DNA from: Coprobacillaceae bacterium
Lineage (GTDB): Bacteria; Bacillota_I; Bacilli_A; Erysipelotrichales; Coprobacillaceae
Length of the DNA stretch: 32,000 nt
NCBI GenBank assembly: GCA_963675515.1
Contig: OY776328.1
Span: 2,580,001 to 2,612,000, forward strand
Direction of reading: 5' to 3'
Below the pieces are notes generated by a model, which made no database searches, was not told the DNA's origin, and saw only the letters and a list, made by a program, of their open reading frames with translations. Positions within the stretch are counted from its first letter, which is position 1. Every line of letters begins with the position of its first letter. Of the stretch, positions 15,741 through 24,350 are shown piece by piece. The position numbers and the translations under genes are program-made.

Positions 15741-17525
15741 TCATAACCCCGATTTTAGCCCAAGTTTTTCAATAAACATGTTGTCTCTCTTTGTGATTTC
15801 AGTAGTCCACCGCTTGGCTTGTAACGCTGAAGATATTTCAACTCCTTCGATGGCATCAAACCATTGAAGTTGCAAATATATTGGCGTATTATCAAGCCAA
15901 CTTTTGAGTTTCTTTTCTTGATCCAGGTTTACTTTCAGGTCATGGTCATGATTACCGTTTGGTACACCAAGCGACAACTTCATTTTTCTAACAGCTTCGC
16001 TATAGTATTCGTAGTAGCATAAAGCTATGAATTGTACAAACATTCTACCGCGAAGGGTTTCTGCGTCCCATACCCTGATTCGCATACTATCGGCATGTTG
16101 CTTGGATGAACGGAAATATCCCTCGATATGCTCGCGTTTTCTATACTTTGAAAGTGCAACAAACGTTTCTTTTTCTTTACTGGAAACCAATGTGAAGTAC
16201 CCGTGGTATTGCTTGGCTTCGGCACATGCCTTTTCGTTGAAGCTTATTACCGTCTTCTTGCCCCAATTCCTGATGATCAGATACTTCTTCACCTTTTTTT
16301 GCGCCGCATCATTTAAATCACCTACTGGCGTTCCGTCCTCAAGTCTATTTTTAAGAGCGAGCAATTCCCGCTCAAATGCCTGATCTTCATCAACCTTTCG
16401 GGTAGTGCTGCAGTATATATGGAGATACACGCGACGGGTAAAGGTTTCTTCCTCACCTTGGGCAGCTCCAGTCTTTTTATTGGCATATTTACGTATCTTG
16501 GTGAAGTCACGCATGAGCGTAACCGTGATTCCACGGGTGGTTGGGTCATATGGACAGACGCTTGAAAGTCGATCTAAATCTTTTAGGTGACTGTCGATTT
16601 GAGACCTGATCCATTTGAGACCTGGCTTGGCCAGAGTGATAAAATCAAAATGGGCCTGGTACATTTTAGATATGTTCTGTTCAGAATAATAGCCATTGTC
16701 TGTTATTATTTCTGCGTCTGACACCCCAAGTGCCAACAGTTGGTTTAATGCATTCTCGACCGCCAACATGTCAGGCAAATCACCCGGTTGCTTAGTAAAT
16801 GCGATGGGCTGCCTTTTATCGATTGAATAGAGTGCAACATATTTAACTGTCTTTAAGCCATCACCGGCCTTATTGAAACCGTACCTGGCTTCTAACTGGT
16901 TCTCTGAGTAAGCGGAAAAAGTCGTTGAATCATAAGCGATACCGGAACCACCATTCAATGCTTCACACCGGCATTTGAAATAGTTCTGCTGCAAATTTTC
17001 GTCAAGCCCCACATCTTTAAAGAGCCGGTGGTAAATCTCTTCGGAGATGCCCTCACTGTAAGGCAAAGGATGATTGTATTGCCAGGTCGCTATTCCAGGC
17101 AGGCTTTGCCCGTCTGATGCAAATAGATATCTAGCCAAGGATATGATTTTTTGTGCAGTCCCCGAATCGGTATTTGCATATATGGCAGAGTCTATTCCTG
17201 AGGTCTTACCTATATGGTCTATGATGTTCATCATTCCCACTCGGTTACGCGATGCGGACATTTGAGGGCTCAAAGGAACGTGTTTTTCAGACACTTCACT
17301 CGACACAATTACAGACTTTTCCGTCTTTTGTGTTCGTTTTGGTCGTGTTGGGACTGAAATTTCTGAGCCTTTTGGAATTTTGGACAACAACTTTGTCGAT
17401 AGCACTCTGTTATATTTTTTTACTGGATCATACATGGTTTTTCGTTCAAGAACGTAGATATCACCGTTCTTTTGTGGACTGTGGATAATGCGGGTTTTAA
17501 TTTCACCGGATGATTTTGCAGGCAT
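15741..17525 (-). CDS. IS4-superfamily (IS1634-like) DDE transposase, 594 aa, apparently intact
   Basis: The ATG at 17525 lies 8 nt after a GAGGTG SD. Motifs include YDSTTFSAY, ITDNGYYSEQN and an exact Y(2)R(3)E(6)K signature in YRKREHIEGYFRSSK. Confidence 0.85.
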   Translation of the reverse strand: MPAKSSGEIKTRIIHSPQKNGDIYVLERKTMYDPVKKYNRVLSTKLLSKIPKGSEISVPTRPKRTQKTEKSVIVSSEVSEKHVPLSPQMSASRNRVGMMNIIDHIGKTSGIDSAIYANTDSGTAQKIISLARYLFASDGQSLPGIATWQYNHPLPYSEGISEEIYHRLFKDVGLDENLQQNYFKCRCEALNGGSGIAYDSTTFSAYSENQLEARYGFNKAGDGLKTVKYVALYSIDKRQPIAFTKQPGDLPDMLAVENALNQLLALGVSDAEIITDNGYYSEQNISKMYQAHFDFITLAKPGLKWIRSQIDSHLKDLDRLSSVCPYDPTTRGITVTLMRDFTKIRKYANKKTGAAQGEEETFTRRVYLHIYCSTTRKVDEDQAFERELLALKNRLEDGTPVGDLNDAAQKKVKKYLIIRNWGKKTVISFNEKACAEAKQYHGYFTLVSSKEKETFVALSKYRKREHIEGYFRSSKQHADSMRIRVWDAETLRGRMFVQFIALCYYEYYSEAVRKMKLSLGVPNGNHDHDLKVNLDQEKKLKSWLDNTPIYLQLQWFDAIEGVEISSALQAKRWTTEITKRDNMFIEKLGLKSGL

Positions 17526-17540
17526 TTCTAGCACCTCACT

Positions 17541-17572
17541 TTGAGTATATATTAATTATAATATATACTCAA
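17541..17572. repeat. Perfect 14-bp-stem palindrome abutting the transposase SD
   Basis: TTGAGTATATATTA-ATTA-TAATATATACTCAA. Confidence 0.85.
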
Positions 17573-17675
17573 ATAAAAATCAACATAAATCCAGTAAAAT
17601 AAAGGGTTTCAGGCCTATTTGAGAGAGAATATTTGTACTCATAATGATTTGAGTACATGAAATCAAACTTTTAGG

Positions 17676-17983
17676 TTAGAATAATGAAAACTGAATTTAA
17701 AGCAAGACCCGTTTACTTGGAAAGACAAGATCGGATAAAGGCACACTTCTTGGTATGTTATCTATCATTGGTGATATTCAGAATACTTGAAAAGAAATTA
17801 TCTGAGAAGTACACCGCAGGGACAATAATTAAGACATTACGCAACATGAACTTCAAACACTATGACGGTTACGGATACATCCCAACTTATACCAGAACCA
17901 ATCTGACCGATGAATTACACGATATTTTTGGCTTTAGGACCGACACCCAAATAGTAAGTGAAAAAAATATGAAAAAAATTTAA
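17676..17983 (+). pseudogene. IS4/IS1634-like transposase gene remnant, part 2 (C-terminus)
   Basis: Removing the insert and one TSD copy restores RWEIEESFRIMKTEFKARPVYLERQDRIKAHFLVCYLSL..., with an R(3)E(6)K signature. The 3' IS terminus was not located. Confidence 0.75.
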
Positions 17984-18036
17984 AAAAAAAGTTAGAGCAT
18001 AGAAAAAATACTACATTTTTCATCAAATCAAAAAAA

Positions 18037-18072
18037 CCGGAAACCTTTTGTGTACAAGGATTTCCGGGTTTT
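18037..18072 (+). terminator. Rho-independent terminator
   Basis: CCGGAAACCTT...AAGGATTTCCGG hairpin followed by GTTTT and preceded by A7, so it could act bidirectionally. Confidence 0.6.
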
Positions 18073-18144
18073 AGCTATTGATTAAGTGTCAAAGACAGGA
18101 TTTTATCATGACTATCTTAAAATTAAAAGAAAGGAATGATAATT

Positions 18145-18853
18145 ATGGCAATTTCAAAACGCGGTGACGTCTGGCAGGTGAGCTTCAGATACAAGGACCG
18201 GTACGGTCGCCACAAGAGATACCGCAAAAGTGGTTTCAAGAGGCAGAAAGATGCGGCCAACCACGAAACGAAGATGAAGAACGAACTGCTGGACACCGGA
18301 ATCATCTACCAGCGCAAGAAAATGACAATCAACGATGTCTGGGACGAGTTCAGCAAGAATGATCATACTCTGGCCATCTCGACTAAAGAAAACTATGAAA
18401 TGTACTTCAACAGGCATATTCGTAATAGTATCAGGCAAACATATATTGATACTGTCGACTACAAACTCATGCAGGACTTTTTCGCCGACCTAGGTCGCAA
18501 TAATCCAAAGTCTACCTGTGATGGTGTATACCGGGTCTGCAATAAGCTCTTCAAGTACGCATATAACCTCGAATACATCCAAAGGCTACCATACACATCA
18601 ATGGTGATAAAAGGCCGCCCTAGAGCGAAAAAACGCAAGGAACATATAATCTCACATGAACAGTATCAGGAGATATGCGACTTCATCAGAAATTCTTACC
18701 GGATCCACACCCCAAGACGGCGTTCGGCTTTGATAGCTGTTGAGCTTGGATATTATACCGGGATGCGTATTGGGGAGATCCTCGCACTTGACAAGGATGA
18801 TTTGGACTTCAATCTGATGCAGATTAACGTGGACAAGTCGCTGGCTTATTTAC
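18145..18853 (+). pseudogene. int: Tyrosine recombinase (phage/ICE-type integrase), 5' part, split by an IS
   Basis: Arm-binding type N-terminus MAISKRGDVWQVSFRYKDRYGRHKRYRKSGF, a core-binding domain and YTGMRIGEILAL (catalytic Arg). It ends at the TSD ATTTAC. Confidence 0.85.
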
Positions 18854-20632
18854 CCTGGATTCTCGGCCACTCATAACGATGTAGGAACCGGTACATTCAG
18901 TGCTTCATAGATCTCATTTTGCTTAGCCAAAATCTCACCTATTCTTAGCGAATGGCCTGGATCTTCGAAACATTCGATCACATCAAGTTTATCAAGTAGT
19001 CGTGACATGGTGTATTTGTCATATGGTTTTGCTTCCTTAATCTTATGATCGAGATGAGAAATCAGTATAAGCGCTACGAATTACGCAAATATCTTACCTT
19101 CAAGACTACGTTCGGATGAAACAAGCAATCTTCTTAGGTTGAGGCGCTCTTTTAGATTGCCAAAACCTTTCTCAACCACATCCTTCATCCGGTATAGATG
19201 CAGGGCTGTGAAGGCGTCCATCTTCTCGTTGGAAATGAGTGCGAAATACCCTAGATACCGTCTGGCTTTACGGATTGCTTCTTCGTTGTAGGTTACGGTT
19301 ATGCCTCTCTTGGGTGACTTCTTGACTTCGAAGAATTCAGCGTATGCCTTTTCGTGGGAATCGACTCGTTTGCCTTCCTTAAGTTCCTTGTATAATCTGG
19401 CGATACGTCTATCAAATGCAGACTCTTCATCAGCTCCTTTGTCGATGCTGTAGTAATAATGGATATAAATCCTGCGTTTGCCTTTGATGACATCACCTTT
19501 ATAAGGGCGTTCTTGGGAATAGTTCCAGTCGGTTGCCACTGTATATCCATAGGTGTTTATGGATTCATCGAAGTTCATGAACATCCGGATATCATCGTAT
19601 ACGAAATCAAGGTTTTTCTTGATGAAGGAAAGCGAAAGCTTGACGCCGACAAGGAATTTAATGTGCTCGCGGTATAGGCCATTGATGTTCTGTTCCGAGT
19701 AGAAACCTCGATCCATAACGAACTTGGTCTTACCAAACCCAAGGATGTCGAGATCTTCAAGCAAATGCTTCACGGTTTTTGCATCAGGTATGTTGCCCGC
19801 AAGCTTGCGATAGTAAAATGGCAGACCTGATTTTTCTCCTAATACAAGCAACAAATTCAACTGTGGCAGATCATCACTTTCCTTGTTCTTGCCATACTGC
19901 ACCTGAGCAAGTGTTTCTAAGTAGCTTGAGATGCTTGTGCTGTCATACGCCCAGTACTCATCTTCTACACGACGCTTTGCCTGTAGGCGGAAGAATTTAC
20001 TGATCTGGTCATCGGTTATTTTCGAAAACAGTTCACTGCTCCTAGGCGAAGTGATATCTTCCCCATAAGGATGCTTATGGGTATGGTGCCATTTTTCAAA
20101 ACGGTAAAGAGGAGTGTTGTCCTCCAGGATCAGGTAAAAAGCAATTGACAGCAACTGTTTATAGATTTCCGGGAAACAGGCGCGAAGATCAGCAGTTAGT
20201 CCCAATTCTTCGGAAAATGATTCCAACAGGTAAGTCGCGCCATAGTACATGTGCCTTGAGCTAGAAGCAACAACCGGACCACGTTTGGCTGGAGCAGCAG
20301 GCTTAGCCGGTTTATCTTTTCTGCACCTACCATCAGTTGGAACAATCTCACCGGTATCGGTATCTACCCGGCCAATAAGTTTCCGCTTGCACCGAGACTG
20401 TTGTTTTTCCTTGTCCCAATGGTACGTAGCTTCGTATGCGTATGTAATACCTGAGCGTTTATCGTACTGCTTTACTATTGCCATATAGCTTTGCCTCGTT
20501 ATGTGTTTTCTTAAGCAAATTATAACACATGACGATAAAATGTTCAAGCGAATACCGCAAAAAACCTTATAAAATCAAGGTTTTTTGCAAACTTGGAATT
20601 GCAGATATCGTTACGAGTTCCGAGAATCCAGG
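18854..20632 (-). mobile_element. Second IS4/IS1634-like IS (1779 bp) inserted in the integrase gene
   Basis: IRs are CCTGGATTCTCGG..ACTC.TAACGAT at 18854- and the reverse complement of -20632. 6-bp TSD ATTTAC lies at 18848-18853 and 20633-20638. Confidence 0.9.
18871..20484 (-). pseudogene. IS4/IS1634-like transposase with a single in-frame TAA (19081-19083)
   Basis: Reads MAIVKQYDKRSGITYAYE..., YDSTSISSY, VMDRGFYSEQN and YRMKDVVEKGFGNLK. After the TAA the same frame stays open for 69 more codons (FVALILISHL...VPVPTSL*), ending 17 nt from the IS tip. Confidence 0.8.
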
Positions 20633-21021
20633 ATTTACCAAGGACAAAGGAGCTCATAATAAAATCACCAAAGAGTGCATCATCGGCTGCCAAGATTCCT
20701 CTACCAGAAGAAATCAAAGACGATCTGCTGGAATGGCTAGAGATATGCCCGACCACTTACCTGCTTTGCACCAACGACCTGGATTACATCAGACCAACGT
20801 CACTGATGAACTTTTTCTCATACATGTCCAAGCACATAGGATTCCCTTTCCACTTCCATATGCTCCGGCATACATTCGCGACAACACTCTGGCGAAACGA
20901 TGTCGATATCAAGTATGCTCAAAGGCTCCTGCGGCATGAGAATTACAGCACAACAATGGACGTCTACACAGAGATAGAAAACGAAAATTTAAACGATATT
21001 ACAAGCAACCTGAAACGCTAG
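20633..21021 (+). pseudogene. int: Tyrosine recombinase, 3' part (catalytic C-terminus)
   Basis: Reads PRTKELIIKSPKSASSAAKIPLP...HMLRHTFATTLW...LLRHENYSTTMDVYTEI (H-x-x-R, H and Y). Joining it to 18145-18853 minus one TSD copy gives an uninterrupted 363-codon ORF. Confidence 0.85.
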
Positions 21022-21054
21022 TGGACACAAATTGGCCACAATTCACAACTCTAT

Positions 21055-21087
21055 AATAAAAAATGGCTAAAATAGGCCATTTTTTTG
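21055..21087. terminator. Bidirectional terminator between int and the 79-aa gene
   Basis: A-run, ATGGC-loop-GCCAT hairpin, then T7. Confidence 0.55.
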
Positions 21088-21099
21088 CTATACACAACA

Positions 21100-21339
21100 T
21101 CAATTTACATAATGTTCCTGGTTTTCACTTGCCACCCTGATGATGAAATCACGGATCGGTTCGACAATGATGTCACGGGTGGAGATGTCAATATTGTTTT
21201 CCTTGCATTTCAGGTAAAAATTGTATATCGCCCAGTTGACGTCCTTGGAAAGGCAAAAGGAAATCAAATCGGAAAAATAAGTTGAAATAATCCGATAGTC
21301 GTCGATCTGGCTATCCGGTATCGCTTCGAAGCCTTTCAT
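21100..21339 (-). CDS. Orphan 79-aa protein
   Basis: GAAGGTGAG SD lies 4 nt before the ATG. AT-rich composition matches the island. No family recognised. Confidence 0.5.
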   Translation of the reverse strand: MKGFEAIPDSQIDDYRIISTYFSDLISFCLSKDVNWAIYNFYLKCKENNIDISTRDIIVEPIRDFIIRVASENQEHYVN

Positions 21340-21359
21340 GATCTCACCTTCTCTTTTCC

Positions 21360-21368
21360 ATTATAACA
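21360..21368 (-). promoter_or_regulatory. Candidate extended -10 promoter (TGTTATAAT) of the 79-aa gene
   Basis: TGTTATAAT lies on the minus strand about 20 nt upstream of the ATG. The -35 (TTTCAC) is weak. Confidence 0.3.
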
Positions 21369-21573
21369 CAATCATCGGACCAGTGAAATAATATGCATTC
21401 AAAGATATATCGAAAACTTATAACCAGATTTTGTGATTTGTTCAGCTTCAGGAAAGTACATTCTGATCCATTGACGATTGCCTGCAAATATGACAAGGCA
21501 AAAAAAATGATGCAGTTTCCATATCACCTGATGATCAAAGCAATGTTATTTGCGTGTTGCACAAATTCCAATC

Positions 21574-21604
21574 AAAAAATTGATGCCCGCCTTAAGGGGC
21601 GGGC
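21574..21604 (-). terminator. Alcohol dehydrogenase gene terminator
   Basis: GCCCGCC-loop-GGCGGGC 7-bp GC stem, followed on the minus strand by ATCAATTTTTTGAT. Confidence 0.7.
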
Positions 21605-21635
21605 ACTTGTCATTATAATAGAGGCAGGTAAGTTT

Positions 21636-22811
21636 CTACCCGTAGTAACATACTCTCAACAATTCTTCCATTTCCGATTGGGTCGGAATCCGCGGATTAG
21701 TTCCGGTGCAGGCATCGGCGATGGCGTTTTTCGCCACTTCAGGCAGTTTTTCCATAAACTCATATTCGTCAATGATTCCGCCTTCATAATCCTGGATGCA
21801 AGATGGGATGGCCAGCCGGGCATTCAACTCATTGATCCTTTCGATCAGGGCATCGACAAGCTCGTTTGTGGATTCACCCCCGAGGCCAAGGCGTCTTGCG
21901 ATTATCGCGTAACGCTGTGCCGCTTCATCATTTTCGGAATTGAACCTGATGACATTTGGCAGATACATCGCATTGGCGCAGCCATGGACGATATGGCCAC
22001 CGCTGTAGGCAGCTCCGGTCTTGTGAGCCATCGAATGCACTATTCCAAGCAAGGCGTTCGAGAATGCCATTCCCGCCAGACACTGGGCGTCATGCATCTG
22101 GCGTCTTGCTTCCTTGTCACCTTCATAAGAGGCAACAAGATTTTTATTGACCATCTCGATGGCGGCAAGCGCCAGCGGGTCGGTGTAGTTGGAGTGGATT
22201 GTCCCCACGAACGCTTCGATGGCATGGGTCAATGCATCCATCCCGGTATGGGCAGTCAGTTTCTTTGGCATGGTCAAGGCCAGATCGGGATCGACGATTG
22301 CCACATCAGGAGTGATATTGAAATCAGCCAACGGGTATTTGATTCCTTTCTGGTAGTCGGTGATAACCGCAAACGCAGTCACCTCGGTAGCCGTCCCTGA
22401 AGTCGAAGGGATTGCGCAGAATCTTGCCTTCGTTCTTAGTGTCGGGAACGAGAAAGGGGTGATAAGATCCTCGAATGAAACTTCAGGATATTCATATAGA
22501 GCCCACATCGCTTTGGCCGCATCGATTGGCGAACCGCCCCCGATGGAAACGATCCAGTCCGGCTCGAACTCAAGCATTGCTTTGGCTCCACGTTTCACGG
22601 TCTCCACTGATGGATCCGGTTCAACCCCCTCGAAAAGGGCGACTTCCATCCCGGCTTCGTTCAGGTAATCTGTCACCCGATCCAGGAAACCGAAGCGTTT
22701 CATCGAACCGCCACCGACAACGACCATCGCTTTTTTACCGCTGAGATTTTTCAAGTTTTCCAATGAACCTGCACCGTGATATATATCACGGGGTAATGTG
22801 AATCTAGACAT
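21636..22811 (-). CDS. Iron-containing (group III) alcohol dehydrogenase
   Basis: GGGSPIDAAKA and histidine-rich metal-site motifs (HSMAHKTGAAYSGGHIVHG). AAAGGAGGA SD. Substrate not inferable. Confidence 0.88.
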   Translation of the reverse strand: MSRFTLPRDIYHGAGSLENLKNLSGKKAMVVVGGGSMKRFGFLDRVTDYLNEAGMEVALFEGVEPDPSVETVKRGAKAMLEFEPDWIVSIGGGSPIDAAKAMWALYEYPEVSFEDLITPFSFPTLRTKARFCAIPSTSGTATEVTAFAVITDYQKGIKYPLADFNITPDVAIVDPDLALTMPKKLTAHTGMDALTHAIEAFVGTIHSNYTDPLALAAIEMVNKNLVASYEGDKEARRQMHDAQCLAGMAFSNALLGIVHSMAHKTGAAYSGGHIVHGCANAMYLPNVIRFNSENDEAAQRYAIIARRLGLGGESTNELVDALIERINELNARLAIPSCIQDYEGGIIDEYEFMEKLPEVAKNAIADACTGTNPRIPTQSEMEELLRVCYYG

Positions 22812-22848
22812 TTATTAGTCCTCCTTTTAACTCGTTAATATTTTAACA

Positions 22849-22862
22849 TGGAAGCGCTTATC
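22849..22862. promoter_or_regulatory. Possible cre (CcpA) operator upstream of the adh gene
   Basis: GATAAGCGCTTCCA on the minus strand matches 11 of 14 positions of the palindromic TGTAAGCGCTTACA, including the AAGCGCTT core. Confidence 0.25.
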
Positions 22863-22881
22863 ACGGTTATGCCTGTTCGAC

Positions 22882-22909
22882 AAAAAAGATATGCCAAATC
22901 AGGCATATC
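22882..22909 (-). terminator. LysR-gene terminator
   Basis: GATATGCC-loop-GGCATATC 8-bp stem followed by T6 on the minus strand. It abuts the TAG stop. Confidence 0.7.
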
Positions 22910-23826
22910 TAGAATAGGTTGATGTTCTTGTTCACAAGTTCGATAAAAAGATGGTCGTACTTACTCAGAGTGTAGTTGTCCCGGTATATGAGCAGATCGG
23001 TGTACTGGACACAGATGTTGTCAGCTTTTCGGGTGATCAGTCCATAGCGGTCAAGGATCGACTGGGGCATCGGCGAAACCCACATGAACGTGTCGGTCAA
23101 TGTCGAAAGCATCTCAAGCTGGCTGGCCCGCTCGTAGATCAGGATCCTCTTGGCAAAACGGTGGTTTTCCGGAGCATTGTCATAGTTGTGGGGCGAAAGG
23201 AAGAAATCATTGTCACCGTGATAGAGCTGGGTGTAATGTTCGAGATCATCAAGGTTGATGATTGGTTTTGATGCCAGCGGATGGTGTTTCGACATGAGTA
23301 TCTGGGCCTGGAAGACGCACAGCTTCTGGCTTTTCAGGTTCTTCTCATAAAGCAGATGGCCATAGTGTTTTTCCTGAAGTGCGCTGTAGCGGACAACTCC
23401 AAGATCGAACTGGGATTCGAGAATCAGTTTGATGACTTCCTCCGAGCTCGTCTCGAAGTAATTGAAATCGATTGCCGTATTGTTGAAGTCGATATGGGCA
23501 AGCAGGTCGGTGTAGGCTTTGGCCAGGTAGCTTGCCCGCGGCAGAGCCACCTGGAGCCTGATCGAGGTCGGGTATTGGTAGAAAAGCATCTGCAAGTCAT
23601 CGAGCTCTCCCATCACCTGGCGGGCCTTGTCGAGGAAAATCCGGCCCTTGAGTGTCGGCTTAACCCCTTTCGAGGTCCTCTCGAAAAGCTGGGTTGATAT
23701 TTCCTCCTCGAGCGAGTGGATCGTCCGGGAAAGATAGGGCTGGTTGACATTGAGGCTCTGGGCCGCCTGCTTGATCGATCCGACCCGGGCGACCTCAAGG
23801 ACGTATTTGAGCTGAAGGAATTTCAT
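22909..23826 (-). CDS. LysR-family transcriptional regulator (305 aa)
   Basis: HTH is MKFLQLKYVLEVARVGSIKQAAQSLNVNQPYLSRTIHSLEEE. The ATG at 23826 overlaps the upstream stop (ATGA); the ORF-track start at 24012 was rejected. Confidence 0.88.
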   Translation of the reverse strand: MKFLQLKYVLEVARVGSIKQAAQSLNVNQPYLSRTIHSLEEEISTQLFERTSKGVKPTLKGRIFLDKARQVMGELDDLQMLFYQYPTSIRLQVALPRASYLAKAYTDLLAHIDFNNTAIDFNYFETSSEEVIKLILESQFDLGVVRYSALQEKHYGHLLYEKNLKSQKLCVFQAQILMSKHHPLASKPIINLDDLEHYTQLYHGDNDFFLSPHNYDNAPENHRFAKRILIYERASQLEMLSTLTDTFMWVSPMPQSILDRYGLITRKADNICVQYTDLLIYRDNYTLSKYDHLFIELVNKNINLF

Positions 23827-24350
23827 TTCAGGTATTCCTTCTTGATATATTTTAGGGTCGAATCCATGTCGCTTTTTGCGAGATATTCGAGCAGTTCGAC
23901 CAACAGAGCCTCGGTTTCGGGATGGAAGATGCAATAATTCCTGGTCCTGATATAGTATTTGAGCGGATCGCCAGAAGAGAAACTGCCCTTGTTGTAGACC
24001 ATGCTCGCGCACACCCGGTCGATAAACATCACGATGACATAGACATCGGGCATCCTGGAAGCCACAGTTCCCTCGCCGGTGAAATCGACCCAGAATTCCC
24101 AGTGGTGGCGGTTGCGACCCTTGTGGTGGAGCCAGGCCAATGAATAGCCGTTTTCCTTTCGCTCGATTCCATTGGGTGATTTCTGGCCGTTATAGTATCT
24201 GATTCCGGTTTTGAATTCGATCAATGCATACTTGGACAGATCGTGCATGATGCCCTGCTTGTAAAGACCGCACTTGAAGCAGAACCGGGCGACATGGTAC
24301 TTGTGGCTGGTTATCAGATGGAAATGGCGCCAGGTATTTTTAATACTCAT
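23823..24350 (-). CDS. DUF5662-like small protein (often mis-annotated as catalase)
   Basis: HFHLITSHKYHV..CFKCGLYKQGIMHDLSKY...YSLAWLHHKGRNRHHWEFW matches my recollection of that family. Start chosen at MSIKNTW. Confidence 0.55.
   Translation of the reverse strand: MSIKNTWRHFHLITSHKYHVARFCFKCGLYKQGIMHDLSKYALIEFKTGIRYYNGQKSPNGIERKENGYSLAWLHHKGRNRHHWEFWVDFTGEGTVASRMPDVYVIVMFIDRVCASMVYNKGSFSSGDPLKYYIRTRNYCIFHPETEALLVELLEYLAKSDMDSTLKYIKKEYLK

Larger units (their letters stand above)
15713..17675 (-). mobile_element. IS4/IS1634-like IS (1963 bp) inserted into the older transposase remnant
   Basis: The 32-bp IRs match at 28 of 32 positions: CCTAAAAGTTAGATAACCTGTACTCAAATCAT (15713-15744) versus the reverse complement of 17644-17675. 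7-bp TSD TTAGAAT lies at 15706-15712 and 17676-17682. Confidence 0.9.
11283..21400. mobile_element. AT-rich accessory island: remnant of an integrase-bearing element overrun by IS insertions
   Basis: Base composition shifts abruptly at the rluB start and again near the adh terminator. It contains a split tyrosine integrase, 4 complete IS elements, 1 IS fragment and 3 orphan genes. No att repeats could be identified by eye. Confidence 0.55.

Noticed and set aside
15451-19083. Genome-wide reassignment of TAA to a sense codon (for example Gln)
   Set aside because: TAA clearly terminates thrS, plsC, scpB, the ISL3 transposase and both IS3 ORFs in this same window. A global recoding is not tenable, so local nonsense mutations are the default explanation.
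21474-21508. Hairpin TTGCCT...AAGGCAA followed by A8
   Set aside because: The homopolymer is on the wrong side for an intrinsic terminator on either strand, and no function can be supported.
21393-22400. 335-aa plus-strand ORF
   Set aside because: It is antisense to the Fe-ADH gene, its 5' end runs through the adh terminator, and it has no recognisable domain. It is a shadow ORF.
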